From: a virus
Length of the DNA stretch: 64,000 nucleotides
Strand: one strand, 5' to 3'
IMG/VR virus record: IMGVR_UViG_3300027759_000070
Coordinates: 1 to 64,000 of that record
Shown here: piece by piece, positions 28,265 through 38,780 of the stretch
Numbering within the stretch: position 1 is the stretch's first letter
Layout: each line of letters begins with the position of its first letter
The notes under the pieces: model-generated
Database searches by the model: none
Told to the model about the DNA's origin: nothing
Seen by the model: only the letters and a program-made list of their open reading frames with translations
Position numbers and translations under genes: made by a program

Positions 28265-28807
28265 TTATTTTTTGAATATACTTAGTAATCCTTTACTAGC
28301 ACCTGATGGAATAAAATACATTGCTGCTGCTACCAATGCTAATATTACTGCACATATTGTATAAAATTTTCTATTTCTAGCAGCCTGATCTTTTTTTAAT
28401 GCTTCGAATTCTATATTGGAAGTTACCAATTTACCAACTTCTTCTGCATCTTTTCTCTTTAAATCTGCAATAGAATTCTTCTGTTTCTCGTCTTCCAAAA
28501 TAACTTTTTCAACTGCTTTATCTAATTCTTCTCCATTTAAATTTTTTAATTCTTTTCCATCATCAATATCAACACCTAATAGTGATTGTGATTTCTCTAA
28601 AAGATCTTTAACTCTTTTAATATCAATAGTTCCAGAATTTACCTGTAACATTTGTGTGGCTTTTACTAAAAAATCTTTAGCATCATCGGTTAATTTATCT
28701 TGTTTTTGTTCTATCTGTTGTTGATATATTGTGTGTTGTACTGCCGTAGTAGCACAACCAGAAAACAACAAACATATCGTCAATATAATAGAATGTATAT
28801 ATTTCAT
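28265..28807 (-). CDS. Lipoprotein with C-terminal TM (unimolecular-spanin topology)
   Basis: Lipobox LFSG-C18, helical body, TM FYTICAVILALVAAAMYFI. Confidence 0.55.
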   Translation of the reverse strand: MKYIHSIILTICLLFSGCATTAVQHTIYQQQIEQKQDKLTDDAKDFLVKATQMLQVNSGTIDIKRVKDLLEKSQSLLGVDIDDGKELKNLNGEELDKAVEKVILEDEKQKNSIADLKRKDAEEVGKLVTSNIEFEALKKDQAARNRKFYTICAVILALVAAAMYFIPSGASKGLLSIFKK

Positions 28808-28898
28808 TTAATTATTTAACATAATTAAACTTAACTATAGAATTATTCGGAAATGTATGTCCTAATTATTTAGTCTACTATTAATGGATCTCCATCAC

Positions 28899-30068
28899 CT
28901 AACCTACAAAAAATATACAAGGGTCGCTATCGCCCAGGGCAGCAGCATTGGTATATAACTGCTCTTCTAGTTTATTTTTTTCTTCAATTCCTTGGCTCAT
29001 GATTTCTGTAGTAAATACCTGACCCCCAAATAAATTTACTTGACTGAATTTACTTCTAGTATGTCCAACCATTATTTTTGTTAAAGCTAATGCATATTGA
29101 TAAACCCAAATTTCTTTTATTAAATCTCTTATTGGCTTTTCTATATAACAATTAATAACTCCATAAAATCTAACCGAATCGTTTGGTTCTGGATAAATTT
29201 TCATATATTGAGTTCTGTCATTAAATTCATAAGATCTTTTAGTTGCCAATACTTTTTCTCTAGTTTCTAACCAGTTTTTAACACTATACCAACTTATTAA
29301 ATCAAATCCATAATTACCCATTGCATAACTAAAATATGTTTGTTGTGCTAATGTTTGTTCTATAGTAAATAATGTATTAATTCCAGTCGTGGAACCTTCT
29401 TCGAAGTCAGTAACCGCAATTACTTTTCTGTAATCCATCATGTCATAGTCAAACATATTATTGTATATAACAGTTTCTTGACCAGTTTTTTCTCCCATTG
29501 TTGTTAATTCTTGCTTATAAGATGAAACAAAATATGATGATATTGGTATTACATGTAATACTGGATCAGCAGCAAATGCTGTTACCATTTGATTATATAA
29601 AGAATAGTTTAATATAACATTCTTTTCCAAGCCATCTGTATATTTTGCTGATAATTCTGAATTTAATGCAAAAAATGCTTTATTTAAAGATGATAAAGAA
29701 ATATAAAATGTATCAGTATTCTGTAAATATGGCGCAGTATCTACTGATAAAGTTTTATGCGTTACTGCTGATCTAGACATGTCAGATTTTGCTAATGTAT
29801 ACAAATGATCTAATCGTATACCTCTACCTCTTTCATATAAAGCCGAATTTATAATCAAATATTCTTTGGTATAACCAGCATATTTCGAAAACATTTCACA
29901 TGCCATCGAAATTGCTTCGAATATTTGATCCTGATGGATCTCTACAGAAATCAATGGTGCTCCGATAGATCTGACTATACGATCAGCCAGTCTTTGGAAA
30001 CTATCAATTTTACTATTTAAATTAGTGCTTTGAAATGCAGATATCGGTGTTATTAGACATTGGCTCAT
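28899..30068 (-). CDS. gp13: Neck protein
   Basis: RSIGAPLISVEIHQDQI...WVYQYALALTK...SKFSQVNLFGG...FFVG. Confidence 0.85.
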   Translation of the reverse strand: MSQCLITPISAFQSTNLNSKIDSFQRLADRIVRSIGAPLISVEIHQDQIFEAISMACEMFSKYAGYTKEYLIINSALYERGRGIRLDHLYTLAKSDMSRSAVTHKTLSVDTAPYLQNTDTFYISLSSLNKAFFALNSELSAKYTDGLEKNVILNYSLYNQMVTAFAADPVLHVIPISSYFVSSYKQELTTMGEKTGQETVIYNNMFDYDMMDYRKVIAVTDFEEGSTTGINTLFTIEQTLAQQTYFSYAMGNYGFDLISWYSVKNWLETREKVLATKRSYEFNDRTQYMKIYPEPNDSVRFYGVINCYIEKPIRDLIKEIWVYQYALALTKIMVGHTRSKFSQVNLFGGQVFTTEIMSQGIEEKNKLEEQLYTNAAALGDSDPCIFFVG

Positions 30069-30078
30069 AAATATATTA

Positions 30079-30906
30079 ATGAAGAAACATTTTTTGATGA
30101 TAAAAACTCATAATATAACTAAATTGAAATATCTTTGTTATCATTTTGGTGATAATGCATCTTGTTATATTTATCCGGGTTCTGGTAAATATTGGAAACT
30201 ACATATTAAAAAACATGGTAAAAATATTTCCACCGAAATATTAGGAGAATATTCATCATTAGAAGATGCTAACATAAATGGATTATTTTATTCAAAATTA
30301 TATAATGTTGTCGAATCAAAAGATTTCGCAAATATTATAGTTGAAGATGCTAGTCATAATTTTAATCATCTTACCAAAGAACAAAGAAAAAAATCATTAG
30401 AAAATCGAGAAAAAAGAAGAAAAGAAAAAGGATTTACTGAATCCGAAATTTTAAACCACAAAAGATTTAAAAGTCTTAAATGGAGACTAACAGAAAATAG
30501 AGAAACCCATTATAAAAATAGAACAAATCGTTTAAGTAATAAACAATTTACTGAATCAGAATTGGCTGGATATAAAAGAATGAGCAAAAAACAAAAAGGT
30601 ATATCATCTGCTATAAGATATAATATTGCAGGTTACACCAATCCAACTAAAGGTAAATCATTTAAAGAGACTATAGGACCAGATTATATACATCCCAAAA
30701 GAAAACAATGGCATTTAATAGTAAATGGAGAATCTAAATTTGTTATAGATAGTACTAAAGAATTACGAAAAATTATATCGGATTCTATAATAAAACAAAT
30801 TAAAAATAATAATTTTTATGAAGTAATTAGATATAATAACACAAAACATCAATTCAAAACTGGAGATATTTTAGAATTGAAATATATCGGATATTCTGGC
30901 GATTAA
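30079..30906 (+). CDS. GIY-YIG-like homing endonuclease
   Basis: LMIKTHNITKLKYLC...YPGSGKYWKLHIKKHG...FANIIVED. Confidence 0.75.
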   Translation: MKKHFLMIKTHNITKLKYLCYHFGDNASCYIYPGSGKYWKLHIKKHGKNISTEILGEYSSLEDANINGLFYSKLYNVVESKDFANIIVEDASHNFNHLTKEQRKKSLENREKRRKEKGFTESEILNHKRFKSLKWRLTENRETHYKNRTNRLSNKQFTESELAGYKRMSKKQKGISSAIRYNIAGYTNPTKGKSFKETIGPDYIHPKRKQWHLIVNGESKFVIDSTKELRKIISDSIIKQIKNNNFYEVIRYNNTKHQFKTGDILELKYIGYSGD

Positions 30907-30914
30907 ATTTAAAT

Positions 30915-32723
30915 TTATTCTGGTGCTGCTTCTGGTGCTGGAGGTGGAGTTCCTGCTCCAGCTTCAGGCGGTGGTGTTCCACCAGCTTCTGGTCCTACTG
31001 CTGCTGGTCCACCAGCAAACGCAGGAGGCATTCCTCCTCCACCACCTCCTCCACCACCACCAGCTTCAGGGGGAGGACCACCAGCTTCAGCTCCTGCTCC
31101 ACCAGCTTCAGCTTGAGCGGCCAAGGCTTCTTTCCACTTAGGTCCAAGAGTTTCTATTTGGGTCAATTCCCATTTTAGTTCTTTATCTTTTCTTAAGAAT
31201 TCTCTGTTAGCTTTAATATCAACATCAGTCCAACCCAAATATCTTTTTTGTGCAAAAGTTTGCGATACCGATTCATTTGATGCTAGATTTCCAAAATTTG
31301 CAACCTTTAATTCTAATTTTTGACTTTCACGAAGTTCATAGAAATTCGTTGGAACATTAAATTCCATTTGAATTGATTCTTCATTTAAATCAAATTCTTT
31401 CCATAATCCTTTTAATTGTAAATGAGTTATGAAACTGGATTTTATACCATTAGCAAACAATTGTTGTTGGCGAATAATGAAACGTGCAAACTTTAATTCT
31501 TCTCGAAGCATATCTGCTCCATCACGGAATGCATCTTGTGGATCTAAACGAGTAGTAGGAACTTTTAAAGATTGATATAATTTCTTGACGAAATACATCA
31601 AATCAGTTAATTCACCAAGATTTGCAGCACCTGCTAATTGATCTACGGTTGTACCTTCAGAACCTGCACGTTTTGCAAACCAAAAGTTATCAAGAATAGA
31701 TTGTGGATTAAACTTTTGTACGATTCCTCCCTTATCTGGATCGTATGTTTTAGATGACCAATACGAAGAAATTAATTTACGAAGATATGCTTCTGCTTTT
31801 GGTGCTGGCATATTACCAACATCCACATTGAATACTAGACGTTCTGGTGCTCTGGCAAGACGATATATAACAATTGAATCTTCGATCATCGACAACTGAC
31901 GATATGCTCTACGACAATTTTCCAAAAATGGAAGGCGCATAGTTTTGCTTTCATTCCAAACATCAGAATTAATGTAAGTAATCTGATTTTTATCCATAGG
32001 AACAAAATCTACACCAATTTGTTTTAATGGATTATTTGGATCAAATTTCGGTTTTCTGAAAAGATATCCTTTTACTAAAACATTTTGTACATTTGAAAAT
32101 ACTGGATCAATTAACTCTGTCGGAACCTGCACAACACCTAATATGCCTTCATCTGGATAATCTTTGTGTATAATATGTTCCCAATAAATTTCACCTTCAA
32201 CCAATAATTGTCTAAAATAAGACCATCCTTTATGTTCAAGATCAAAGTGAGAAGTAAATTTTAAAAATTCTTTTTGTAATGCTTCTGATTGAAAATTAGA
32301 TAAAGCTAAATTCTTAAATTTCAAATTCATACAACTATTTGTATGAGAATCAATGTTTATTATTTCATCACATATTTCATCTAAAGCATTTGCAACTTCG
32401 GAAAATGCTCCCATGATTCGATAATCACGAACCCTTGCCAATTTATCCTTTTGGATATTGGCATACATGACTTCACTATAACGCTTATCGGCAGTTATGT
32501 CTCCAATAGGATTATTGTTATAATCAAAATTTTGTGATATTGAATGTCTAGATAAAACTTCTGCTCTTTTTGAGCCTGTATCTTCAAAATATTTGTACTT
32601 AGGATTTAAATTATTGGTTAAATCCGATACTTCAAAGTTACCATATGGTAACTTTGAAGAGATATATGACATTAAATCTCTTCCGAAAGTAGATATTTTT
32701 CCATCATCAAAATTTGTCGGCAT
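30915..32723 (-). CDS. gp20: Portal protein
   Basis: QLSMIEDSIVIYRLARAPERLVFNVDVGNMP, YFVKKLYQSLKVP, REELKF. Confidence 0.97.
   Translation of the reverse strand: MPTNFDDGKISTFGRDLMSYISSKLPYGNFEVSDLTNNLNPKYKYFEDTGSKRAEVLSRHSISQNFDYNNNPIGDITADKRYSEVMYANIQKDKLARVRDYRIMGAFSEVANALDEICDEIINIDSHTNSCMNLKFKNLALSNFQSEALQKEFLKFTSHFDLEHKGWSYFRQLLVEGEIYWEHIIHKDYPDEGILGVVQVPTELIDPVFSNVQNVLVKGYLFRKPKFDPNNPLKQIGVDFVPMDKNQITYINSDVWNESKTMRLPFLENCRRAYRQLSMIEDSIVIYRLARAPERLVFNVDVGNMPAPKAEAYLRKLISSYWSSKTYDPDKGGIVQKFNPQSILDNFWFAKRAGSEGTTVDQLAGAANLGELTDLMYFVKKLYQSLKVPTTRLDPQDAFRDGADMLREELKFARFIIRQQQLFANGIKSSFITHLQLKGLWKEFDLNEESIQMEFNVPTNFYELRESQKLELKVANFGNLASNESVSQTFAQKRYLGWTDVDIKANREFLRKDKELKWELTQIETLGPKWKEALAAQAEAGGAGAEAGGPPPEAGGGGGGGGGGMPPAFAGGPAAVGPEAGGTPPPEAGAGTPPPAPEAAPE
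30920..31120 (-). repeat. Gly/Pro/Ala low-complexity repeats in portal tail
   Basis: Repeated PPPEAG units and a G10 run. Confidence 0.7.
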
Positions 32724-32738
32724 GTTGATATTTATCTA

Positions 32739-33890
32739 TTAAAGTCCAGAAAGAAATATTAATTTTGTATTAATTGAATTGGTGTCTTTCCAACCAACTT
32801 CGTTTAATACTGCTAAGTTTATTTCTGAAGACTGAGTTAAATGTGGTAATGATACATGTATTGCGTTCTTACTTAAAATTGTATAATTTATTTTTGGGAT
32901 TATAAATCCACTAACATTTGGATAATAAGTGTATCCAAATCCCGAATAATTGGTATACAAAGTCGAAGATTTACTGCTGAGTAATATATTACTTGTGTAT
33001 TGTAAGTTTTTCCCTATTATCGTAAGAGATAAAGGAAAATCCTTCGGTTGTATTATGACTTCGGTTCCTGATAATTCTATCATTCTTCCAGAAGAATTTA
33101 AATACAAATTAGTTAAATATGGTGCTCCAGAAATAGACACAGTTTCATTTTCGTTTAATAATCCCTTTGCAGAATCATACACATAATTTTCTGACGATAA
33201 ACTATCAGTAAAAGAATCGAATAATAATTTGCTAGAAACTCTAAAGTTAGAATCTACAAAATAAATGTTTTTCGCATAGTCCGAATCAACACTAGGAAAT
33301 AACCAACCTTTAATTGTAAATGATGTAGTCGCTATGAATCTTGGTTTATCTGCTGATGTTACATCAATTGGGTATTCTGTACTAATAGTTCCATCCCATA
33401 ATACTTCTGATCTAATTTCATTTAATGATTCTATTCCAAATGCTGTCGGAATTTTCCAACATATTATAATATATGGATTAGAATAAGGAATAAAATTCGA
33501 CAGTATCTGATCCATGTCACTCTGATAATTTGTTAATATATTAACAGCAACTGTCAAATTTACAGGGACAGGCATTCTTACATGGGTAGTAAGTTTACCG
33601 TAACCGTTATTTTTTACTGGCTGGTAAAAACCATCAATTTTATTGAAAACTCTGGTTTCATCCCTTGCTATTGAAGTAATGTTTACGGCTATAACAGGAA
33701 CTGTGATATTCTGAGCTTTATTAACTATATCATGTATCACCCTTTCTTTGGGTGCATGAACATATCTAACTCGTATTTGTTCTTTGGCTTCTCTGTTCTT
33801 ATTATGTCTAGTAATAAGAACATCATCCATCGCAGCAATAAATTGCGTCAATAAATCATGAATTTCAAAATGGAATCCATTGTTTTGCAT
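32739..33890 (-). CDS. gp15: Tail terminator/sheath stabiliser with C-terminal extension
   Basis: YVHAPKE, MPVPVN, DMDQILSNFIPY, SFTIKGWLF. Confidence 0.8.
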   Translation of the reverse strand: MQNNGFHFEIHDLLTQFIAAMDDVLITRHNKNREAKEQIRVRYVHAPKERVIHDIVNKAQNITVPVIAVNITSIARDETRVFNKIDGFYQPVKNNGYGKLTTHVRMPVPVNLTVAVNILTNYQSDMDQILSNFIPYSNPYIIICWKIPTAFGIESLNEIRSEVLWDGTISTEYPIDVTSADKPRFIATTSFTIKGWLFPSVDSDYAKNIYFVDSNFRVSSKLLFDSFTDSLSSENYVYDSAKGLLNENETVSISGAPYLTNLYLNSSGRMIELSGTEVIIQPKDFPLSLTIIGKNLQYTSNILLSSKSSTLYTNYSGFGYTYYPNVSGFIIPKINYTILSKNAIHVSLPHLTQSSEINLAVLNEVGWKDTNSINTKLIFLSGL

Positions 33891-36310
33891 TAGGATTTAA
33901 GACGGAATGAATTGATATATATTCCTTCACACAATATATCAAATGTAGATTTTCTACTAAATGATTCCTTTTTAACTGTCTTGGAAGATGCTAAAGAATC
34001 AAGAACTACTTTAAGTTCTGGTGAACCAGATAATTGTCTCCTATATTTGTTACAAAGTTTTCTTGCTATGACTGCTTGTTTATTAGAAAGTTTATGTTGA
34101 TTCGCTAGACTATGACCGATAATACCATCAATTTTATTGAATCCGACATTATTCTTTTCTTGTGCAAAATCTTCATCCATTCCAGCTATTATTTGTAGGA
34201 GTTTTAAGCAAGCTTCTTTAACTTCATCGGTTATTGTAGGATCTTGTGCTTCTTTTCTGATTTGTTCTGGTGTTACATTTTTTGTAACATACTCACCAGC
34301 AATATCAACAGGATGATCTACAAATACTATATCTTCCCCAGCAGTTTCTTTCTTGTCTAAAATCTTGTCATTAACACCAGCTTTATTAATGAAACTTCTA
34401 ATCATTATTTCATCGATTGAATCTTTTGCTGCCAAATAATGTATTTCTACGTTTTTGGTCTGCCCAATACGATGTGCCCTATCTTCTGCTTGAATAATCG
34501 TGGTTGGTCGCCAATCAAATTCACCGAATATAACAGTAGTAGCTGCTGTCAAGGTTAATCCAGTGGCACTTGCTAATATAGAACCAATAAATACTTTGAC
34601 ATCTGGATTAGTTTGAAATTCATCTACTATGTCCGTAACTTCATCCGCCGCTGCTCCACCAATTAACATTACCGATCTTTTTCCAAAATGTTGTTGTAGT
34701 CTCTGAACCACTTCTCTGTGGTGAGCAAATATGATAATTTTTTCTCCAGATTTTAATACTTTTTCAGCATGTTCTATAATATGTGGCAATTTTTGTATAC
34801 CCAAAAGTGATCTTTGCTGAGAAATAGTTTCAAAGAATATTCTTTGTTTTTGTTCTAATTCTTGTGTATACTTATTAAACTGAGAAAGATCATCATTTGA
34901 TTTTGCTAATTCAATATAAGCAACTAGCTCTTCGGTTTCTTTTCTTAATTCATCTCTTATTTGAAGTTCTTCTGCTTTTTCTTTTGCTGAAGATTCAAAC
35001 GTAATAATACTCCTTGTTTTTGGTGGAATATCTTTCAGAACATCCTTTTTCAATCTACGAACCATGATGGTAGATCTCAAAAGATCCTGTAATGCTTCCA
35101 TGTCCGAATCTTTTGGAGTATTGTATTCTAATCCATATCGACCTTGTGTTGCACCACAATACTTTGTGATAAACGTGAAATAGTTATTCCATCTATTTGG
35201 ATCTAGATAATGTAATAATGCAAACAAATCTTGTGGCTTATTGTCGATGGGTGTACCAGTCAAAAACAAAGCTCTTTTGGTTTGAACAGGTTTTTTAACA
35301 TCTTTTGGGTTCATTTTTCTGGCATCGTATGGATGTGTCCCCAAAATTGCCATAGATCTTTTTGCTGTTTTGTTCTTCATGTAATGAGCTTCATCAGCAA
35401 TAACCAAATCAAATTCGCCCATTTCATCAATTTGTTTCTTCAAATCATATATTATATCATAATTGACTATGATAATTCCTCCCATTTTTGCAGGGAATGC
35501 CTTTTTATTATCTACAACGGTTATCTTTCTTTTCGAGATTAACCATTTTTCTAATTCGTTTTTCCAATTGTATTTTAATTTCTGAGGACACAAAATTAAA
35601 ACATTTTGAATATCACTATCATATACATTTATGTAACCGATAGCTTGAATAGTTTTTCCTAAACCCATTTCATCTGCAATGAATACTTTGTCTTTACCCA
35701 TCGCAAATCTAATACCTGATTCTTGGAATGGTAGATATTTTAATCCTTCTGGTGCGGGTATGGGAGAATCAGGAGAAGCACCTTCGGGTTTTGGTTCTTC
35801 ACCAGTTGATCTACTAATTTCTTTAGCATCAACATAAGGTTGTAGTTCCTTTTTTAATTCTACATCAGAATCTGGAACATATTCAATCAATCTTGCTGCT
35901 GTAGCAGCATCACCTGTCCACCAATATTTTCTATCCCTATCAAAAATAAATTTTTTTGATTTGACCATGTCTTTTACCGCTTCATCATATTTAAATGATA
36001 TAATATATCTATCTCCATTTTTACTTAAAATGGGTTTAGAAGCGGCTGATGCTACTGTTGATGTAGGTGTAACATCAGTATTTCCAGATTTATTCAAATA
36101 TTCTTTATAGCAATCTTCGTGCATTACTATTTTTGGACTTGAGTTCCAGAAAATTCTCTGCCCAACATTAATTTTTACTCCGTGTTTGCAATTTTCATAA
36201 CCACATCTACCGGGAAATTTACTCGACATAAACCCCTCTTCTAACATACTTAGAAGAGATTCAGATATAGGTATGAATTTTTTTCTTTTTTTAGACTGTA
36301 AACTAGACAT
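33890..36310 (-). CDS. SNF2-family helicase with HARP-like domain
   Basis: IADEMGLGKT, DEAH, LTGTP, QAEDRAHRIGQ; N-terminal Cys/His knuckle and FKYD...YWW HARP-like segment. Confidence 0.9.
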   Translation of the reverse strand: MSSLQSKKRKKFIPISESLLSMLEEGFMSSKFPGRCGYENCKHGVKINVGQRIFWNSSPKIVMHEDCYKEYLNKSGNTDVTPTSTVASAASKPILSKNGDRYIISFKYDEAVKDMVKSKKFIFDRDRKYWWTGDAATAARLIEYVPDSDVELKKELQPYVDAKEISRSTGEEPKPEGASPDSPIPAPEGLKYLPFQESGIRFAMGKDKVFIADEMGLGKTIQAIGYINVYDSDIQNVLILCPQKLKYNWKNELEKWLISKRKITVVDNKKAFPAKMGGIIIVNYDIIYDLKKQIDEMGEFDLVIADEAHYMKNKTAKRSMAILGTHPYDARKMNPKDVKKPVQTKRALFLTGTPIDNKPQDLFALLHYLDPNRWNNYFTFITKYCGATQGRYGLEYNTPKDSDMEALQDLLRSTIMVRRLKKDVLKDIPPKTRSIITFESSAKEKAEELQIRDELRKETEELVAYIELAKSNDDLSQFNKYTQELEQKQRIFFETISQQRSLLGIQKLPHIIEHAEKVLKSGEKIIIFAHHREVVQRLQQHFGKRSVMLIGGAAADEVTDIVDEFQTNPDVKVFIGSILASATGLTLTAATTVIFGEFDWRPTTIIQAEDRAHRIGQTKNVEIHYLAAKDSIDEIMIRSFINKAGVNDKILDKKETAGEDIVFVDHPVDIAGEYVTKNVTPEQIRKEAQDPTITDEVKEACLKLLQIIAGMDEDFAQEKNNVGFNKIDGIIGHSLANQHKLSNKQAVIARKLCNKYRRQLSGSPELKVVLDSLASSKTVKKESFSRKSTFDILCEGIYINSFRLKS

Positions 36311-36325
36311 ACTTATATTTACCGC

Positions 36326-37954
36326 CTATACAAATCTTTTTAAGAAATATTTTGGTAGTTTTTTAGCATTCCTAATAACAGCATCAGATATAGATCCATC
36401 TAGAATGTAAGTTATACATTTATCCTGTTTTGTTCTTACTCCTCTACCACAGGCTTGAATTAGATGATTCAGCATCTGATTAACATACCAATTTGGATCA
36501 TCTTTGAATAACTTTTTGATTCTCTCATCATTTAATGGCATGTATGCAGCCTTTGCTACAATTTGAAACCTAGCCAAATCTTCTTTCAAATCTACACCAT
36601 ACGTCATTGACGGACTGACCAACACTGTTGGTCCTGTGGATTCTATATGTTGCCTAATAATTTGCTCGTTGTTTGCACCATCTAATCTGAACAAAAATCT
36701 AGGATCATCAATATTATCTTTCAAATATTGAGTAATTTCCATAGTATGAGTATGGATTACACCCTTTACATTTTTATGAAAATCACAAATCTTTAAAATA
36801 TTATCCTTTAATACTGGAAGTTTCTCTTTAAGATTTTTGTAATTTAGTTTATGTGCTGTGGAAACATGAATAGGAGCATTTTTAGGATCAAAAGTAGAAT
36901 CTACTTCAATATATTGATACTTTTCAATTCCCAATGTTTTGGCAAAATTAGCAGGATCAATAATCGTAGCAGACATTAACAAAATCTTTTTTCCATACTT
37001 AAAGATATGCTTTGCCAGATTATCTACCCTTAATGGTTTAAGGGTCACTCCGTCCAAGTTATGTTCAATTACATACTCACATTCTTCCCATGTTTCAATT
37101 GTTGTTTGAATTTGGGCAAGAAGATTTGTGAACAGTTTAAATCTCTGTACATCAGAATCTGCTGTTGATGTGTTTCTCTTCTTTTTTCCTAGAATCTTTT
37201 TAAGATCTTCGATTTCGTTTCCTAGTTTTAAAGTCAATTCTCCCAACCAGATTCTGAATTTTCCATAATTCTCCACAGGAACATCTGTAGGTTTATATCC
37301 CAAACGCTTTAAAATTTTGTAATTCAAACTTCTGCTGAAGCGTTTAACTAATTCAGACTCCATTTCAGAAGCTTCATCGCATACAATATATTGCCTATGA
37401 CGAACATGTTCAGGAAGAGATAAAAACATGCTGTAATTAAGCACTCCAAACTTATTAGTCAACATATCTCTCCTAGAATTATAATAATCACAGGTAGAAT
37501 TCAAAATACATGATTCTTTGATCCTTGGATTAAAGTGACAGGGAGCAAAATCTACATTATAACTAGGATCTACCCTACAAAGATAATTACTTTTACCTTT
37601 CAATGAACACGAATCTTTAAATAATTCAGTGTATTGGTCTTGTAGACTTTTTGTAATAGTCAGAGCAAATGCTCCAAATGGAGGTTGGTCTTCACATTCT
37701 TCAGCCTTTGCAAAGTCTCCAAATTGGTCAACCCTAAATGCATTGTAGGATTCAACTAAACTTTGAAATTTAGCAGGGACTTCATCCGAATAATTGGATA
37801 AAGTTTTAGAGAGGAACGATTTTCCACTTCCAGTCGGAGCACAACAAATTACGAAATCGTAGCCAGAGTTAAAGGCTAAATCAATTTTATCAAGAAGTTC
37901 TACTTGTTGTGTTTGTGGAACGAACCCATTTGGGAAATGATCTAATAGAGGCAT
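36326..37954 (-). CDS. DinG/Rad3-like SF2 helicase
   Basis: APTGSGKS, Cys cluster, DEAS, MSAT, QACGRGVR. Confidence 0.85.
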   Translation of the reverse strand: MPLLDHFPNGFVPQTQQVELLDKIDLAFNSGYDFVICCAPTGSGKSFLSKTLSNYSDEVPAKFQSLVESYNAFRVDQFGDFAKAEECEDQPPFGAFALTITKSLQDQYTELFKDSCSLKGKSNYLCRVDPSYNVDFAPCHFNPRIKESCILNSTCDYYNSRRDMLTNKFGVLNYSMFLSLPEHVRHRQYIVCDEASEMESELVKRFSRSLNYKILKRLGYKPTDVPVENYGKFRIWLGELTLKLGNEIEDLKKILGKKKRNTSTADSDVQRFKLFTNLLAQIQTTIETWEECEYVIEHNLDGVTLKPLRVDNLAKHIFKYGKKILLMSATIIDPANFAKTLGIEKYQYIEVDSTFDPKNAPIHVSTAHKLNYKNLKEKLPVLKDNILKICDFHKNVKGVIHTHTMEITQYLKDNIDDPRFLFRLDGANNEQIIRQHIESTGPTVLVSPSMTYGVDLKEDLARFQIVAKAAYMPLNDERIKKLFKDDPNWYVNQMLNHLIQACGRGVRTKQDKCITYILDGSISDAVIRNAKKLPKYFLKRFV

Positions 37955-37960
37955 TAATGG

Positions 37961-37989
37961 ATCATACTACGGAACCAAGGATAAATCAA
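37961..37989 (-). promoter_or_regulatory. sigma70-like promoter (leaderless geometry)
   Basis: TTGATT-N17-TATGAT, 6 nt before ATG 37954. Confidence 0.6.
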
Positions 37990-38329
37990 GCTTATTCTTC
38001 TCAAATAATATAACTTTAGTGTTATAAAAACGAGAATTATTTTTTTGATTTAAAGACATCAATTTAAAATAAAGATCGGAATCGTTTTCCGAAATAGCCG
38101 ATAAAGTATAATCCAATATCAAATAGTTTTTTTCTTTTTTTACTTTAAACGGATATGGTATTTCAACTTTTTTTTGAGTTACGTTATTTCCTATCTTTAA
38201 ATATATATAAAAATAATAATCTTTTTTATTAAAAAGTACTAATTTACCTTCTTTTAGAATTTTACTATTCGAAGATAATACTATATCTCTTTGTAGAAAA
38301 TATTTAAACTCATTCTCTATGTCTTCCAT
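37967..38329 (-). CDS. Hypothetical protein
   Basis: ORF 120 aa; TAAATA-N6-ATG. Confidence 0.65.
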   Translation of the reverse strand: MEDIENEFKYFLQRDIVLSSNSKILKEGKLVLFNKKDYYFYIYLKIGNNVTQKKVEIPYPFKVKKEKNYLILDYTLSAISENDSDLYFKLMSLNQKNNSRFYNTKVILFEKNKLDLSLVP

Positions 38330-38359
38330 TTATTGTATTTAAATGAAAAATACAGAATA

Positions 38360-38776
38360 TCAAGAATCCATAAAATATAATTTTTCATTTGGAGTCATTG
38401 TTAGATATACTTTATTAAATGTCTTCCAAAATTCTCTTTCTTGTGCTACGGGATATGTAGTTACTAGGTAACATTCATTATAGTTTATACACCTAAAATC
38501 CATCATTAATATATCCCATGTGATAATTAATTTCTTTTCTCTTGGATTGAATGGTGGTAATCCACTTGGTCTTTTGTACCCTAAAACTCTTCTTCCATTA
38601 TTTGAATTCAATAATGCCATTGAGTTAGAACACAACATCCTGCGGAAGGCAGGTCTACCCTCCACAGGATTTCGGCGTTTTATAAAAAGTTCACAAACAT
38701 TATTTCTTAAAGCCATTTCTAATTGGCTATAATTAGTTTGTAATACTAAAGGATTTTCGTAATCTCTTCTCGGCAC
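38360..38776 (-). CDS. Sm-like/WYL_2-type hypothetical protein
   Basis: VCELFIKR...RRMLCS...ITWDILMMDFRCIN; TAAATA-N5-GTG. Confidence 0.5.
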   Translation of the reverse strand: MPRRDYENPLVLQTNYSQLEMALRNNVCELFIKRRNPVEGRPAFRRMLCSNSMALLNSNNGRRVLGYKRPSGLPPFNPREKKLIITWDILMMDFRCINYNECYLVTTYPVAQEREFWKTFNKVYLTMTPNEKLYFMDS

Positions 38777-38780
38777 CTAA

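Noticed and set aside
30920-31120. GC-rich repeats as a mobile element or array
   Set aside because: They encode the in-frame Gly/Pro/Ala tail of the portal protein
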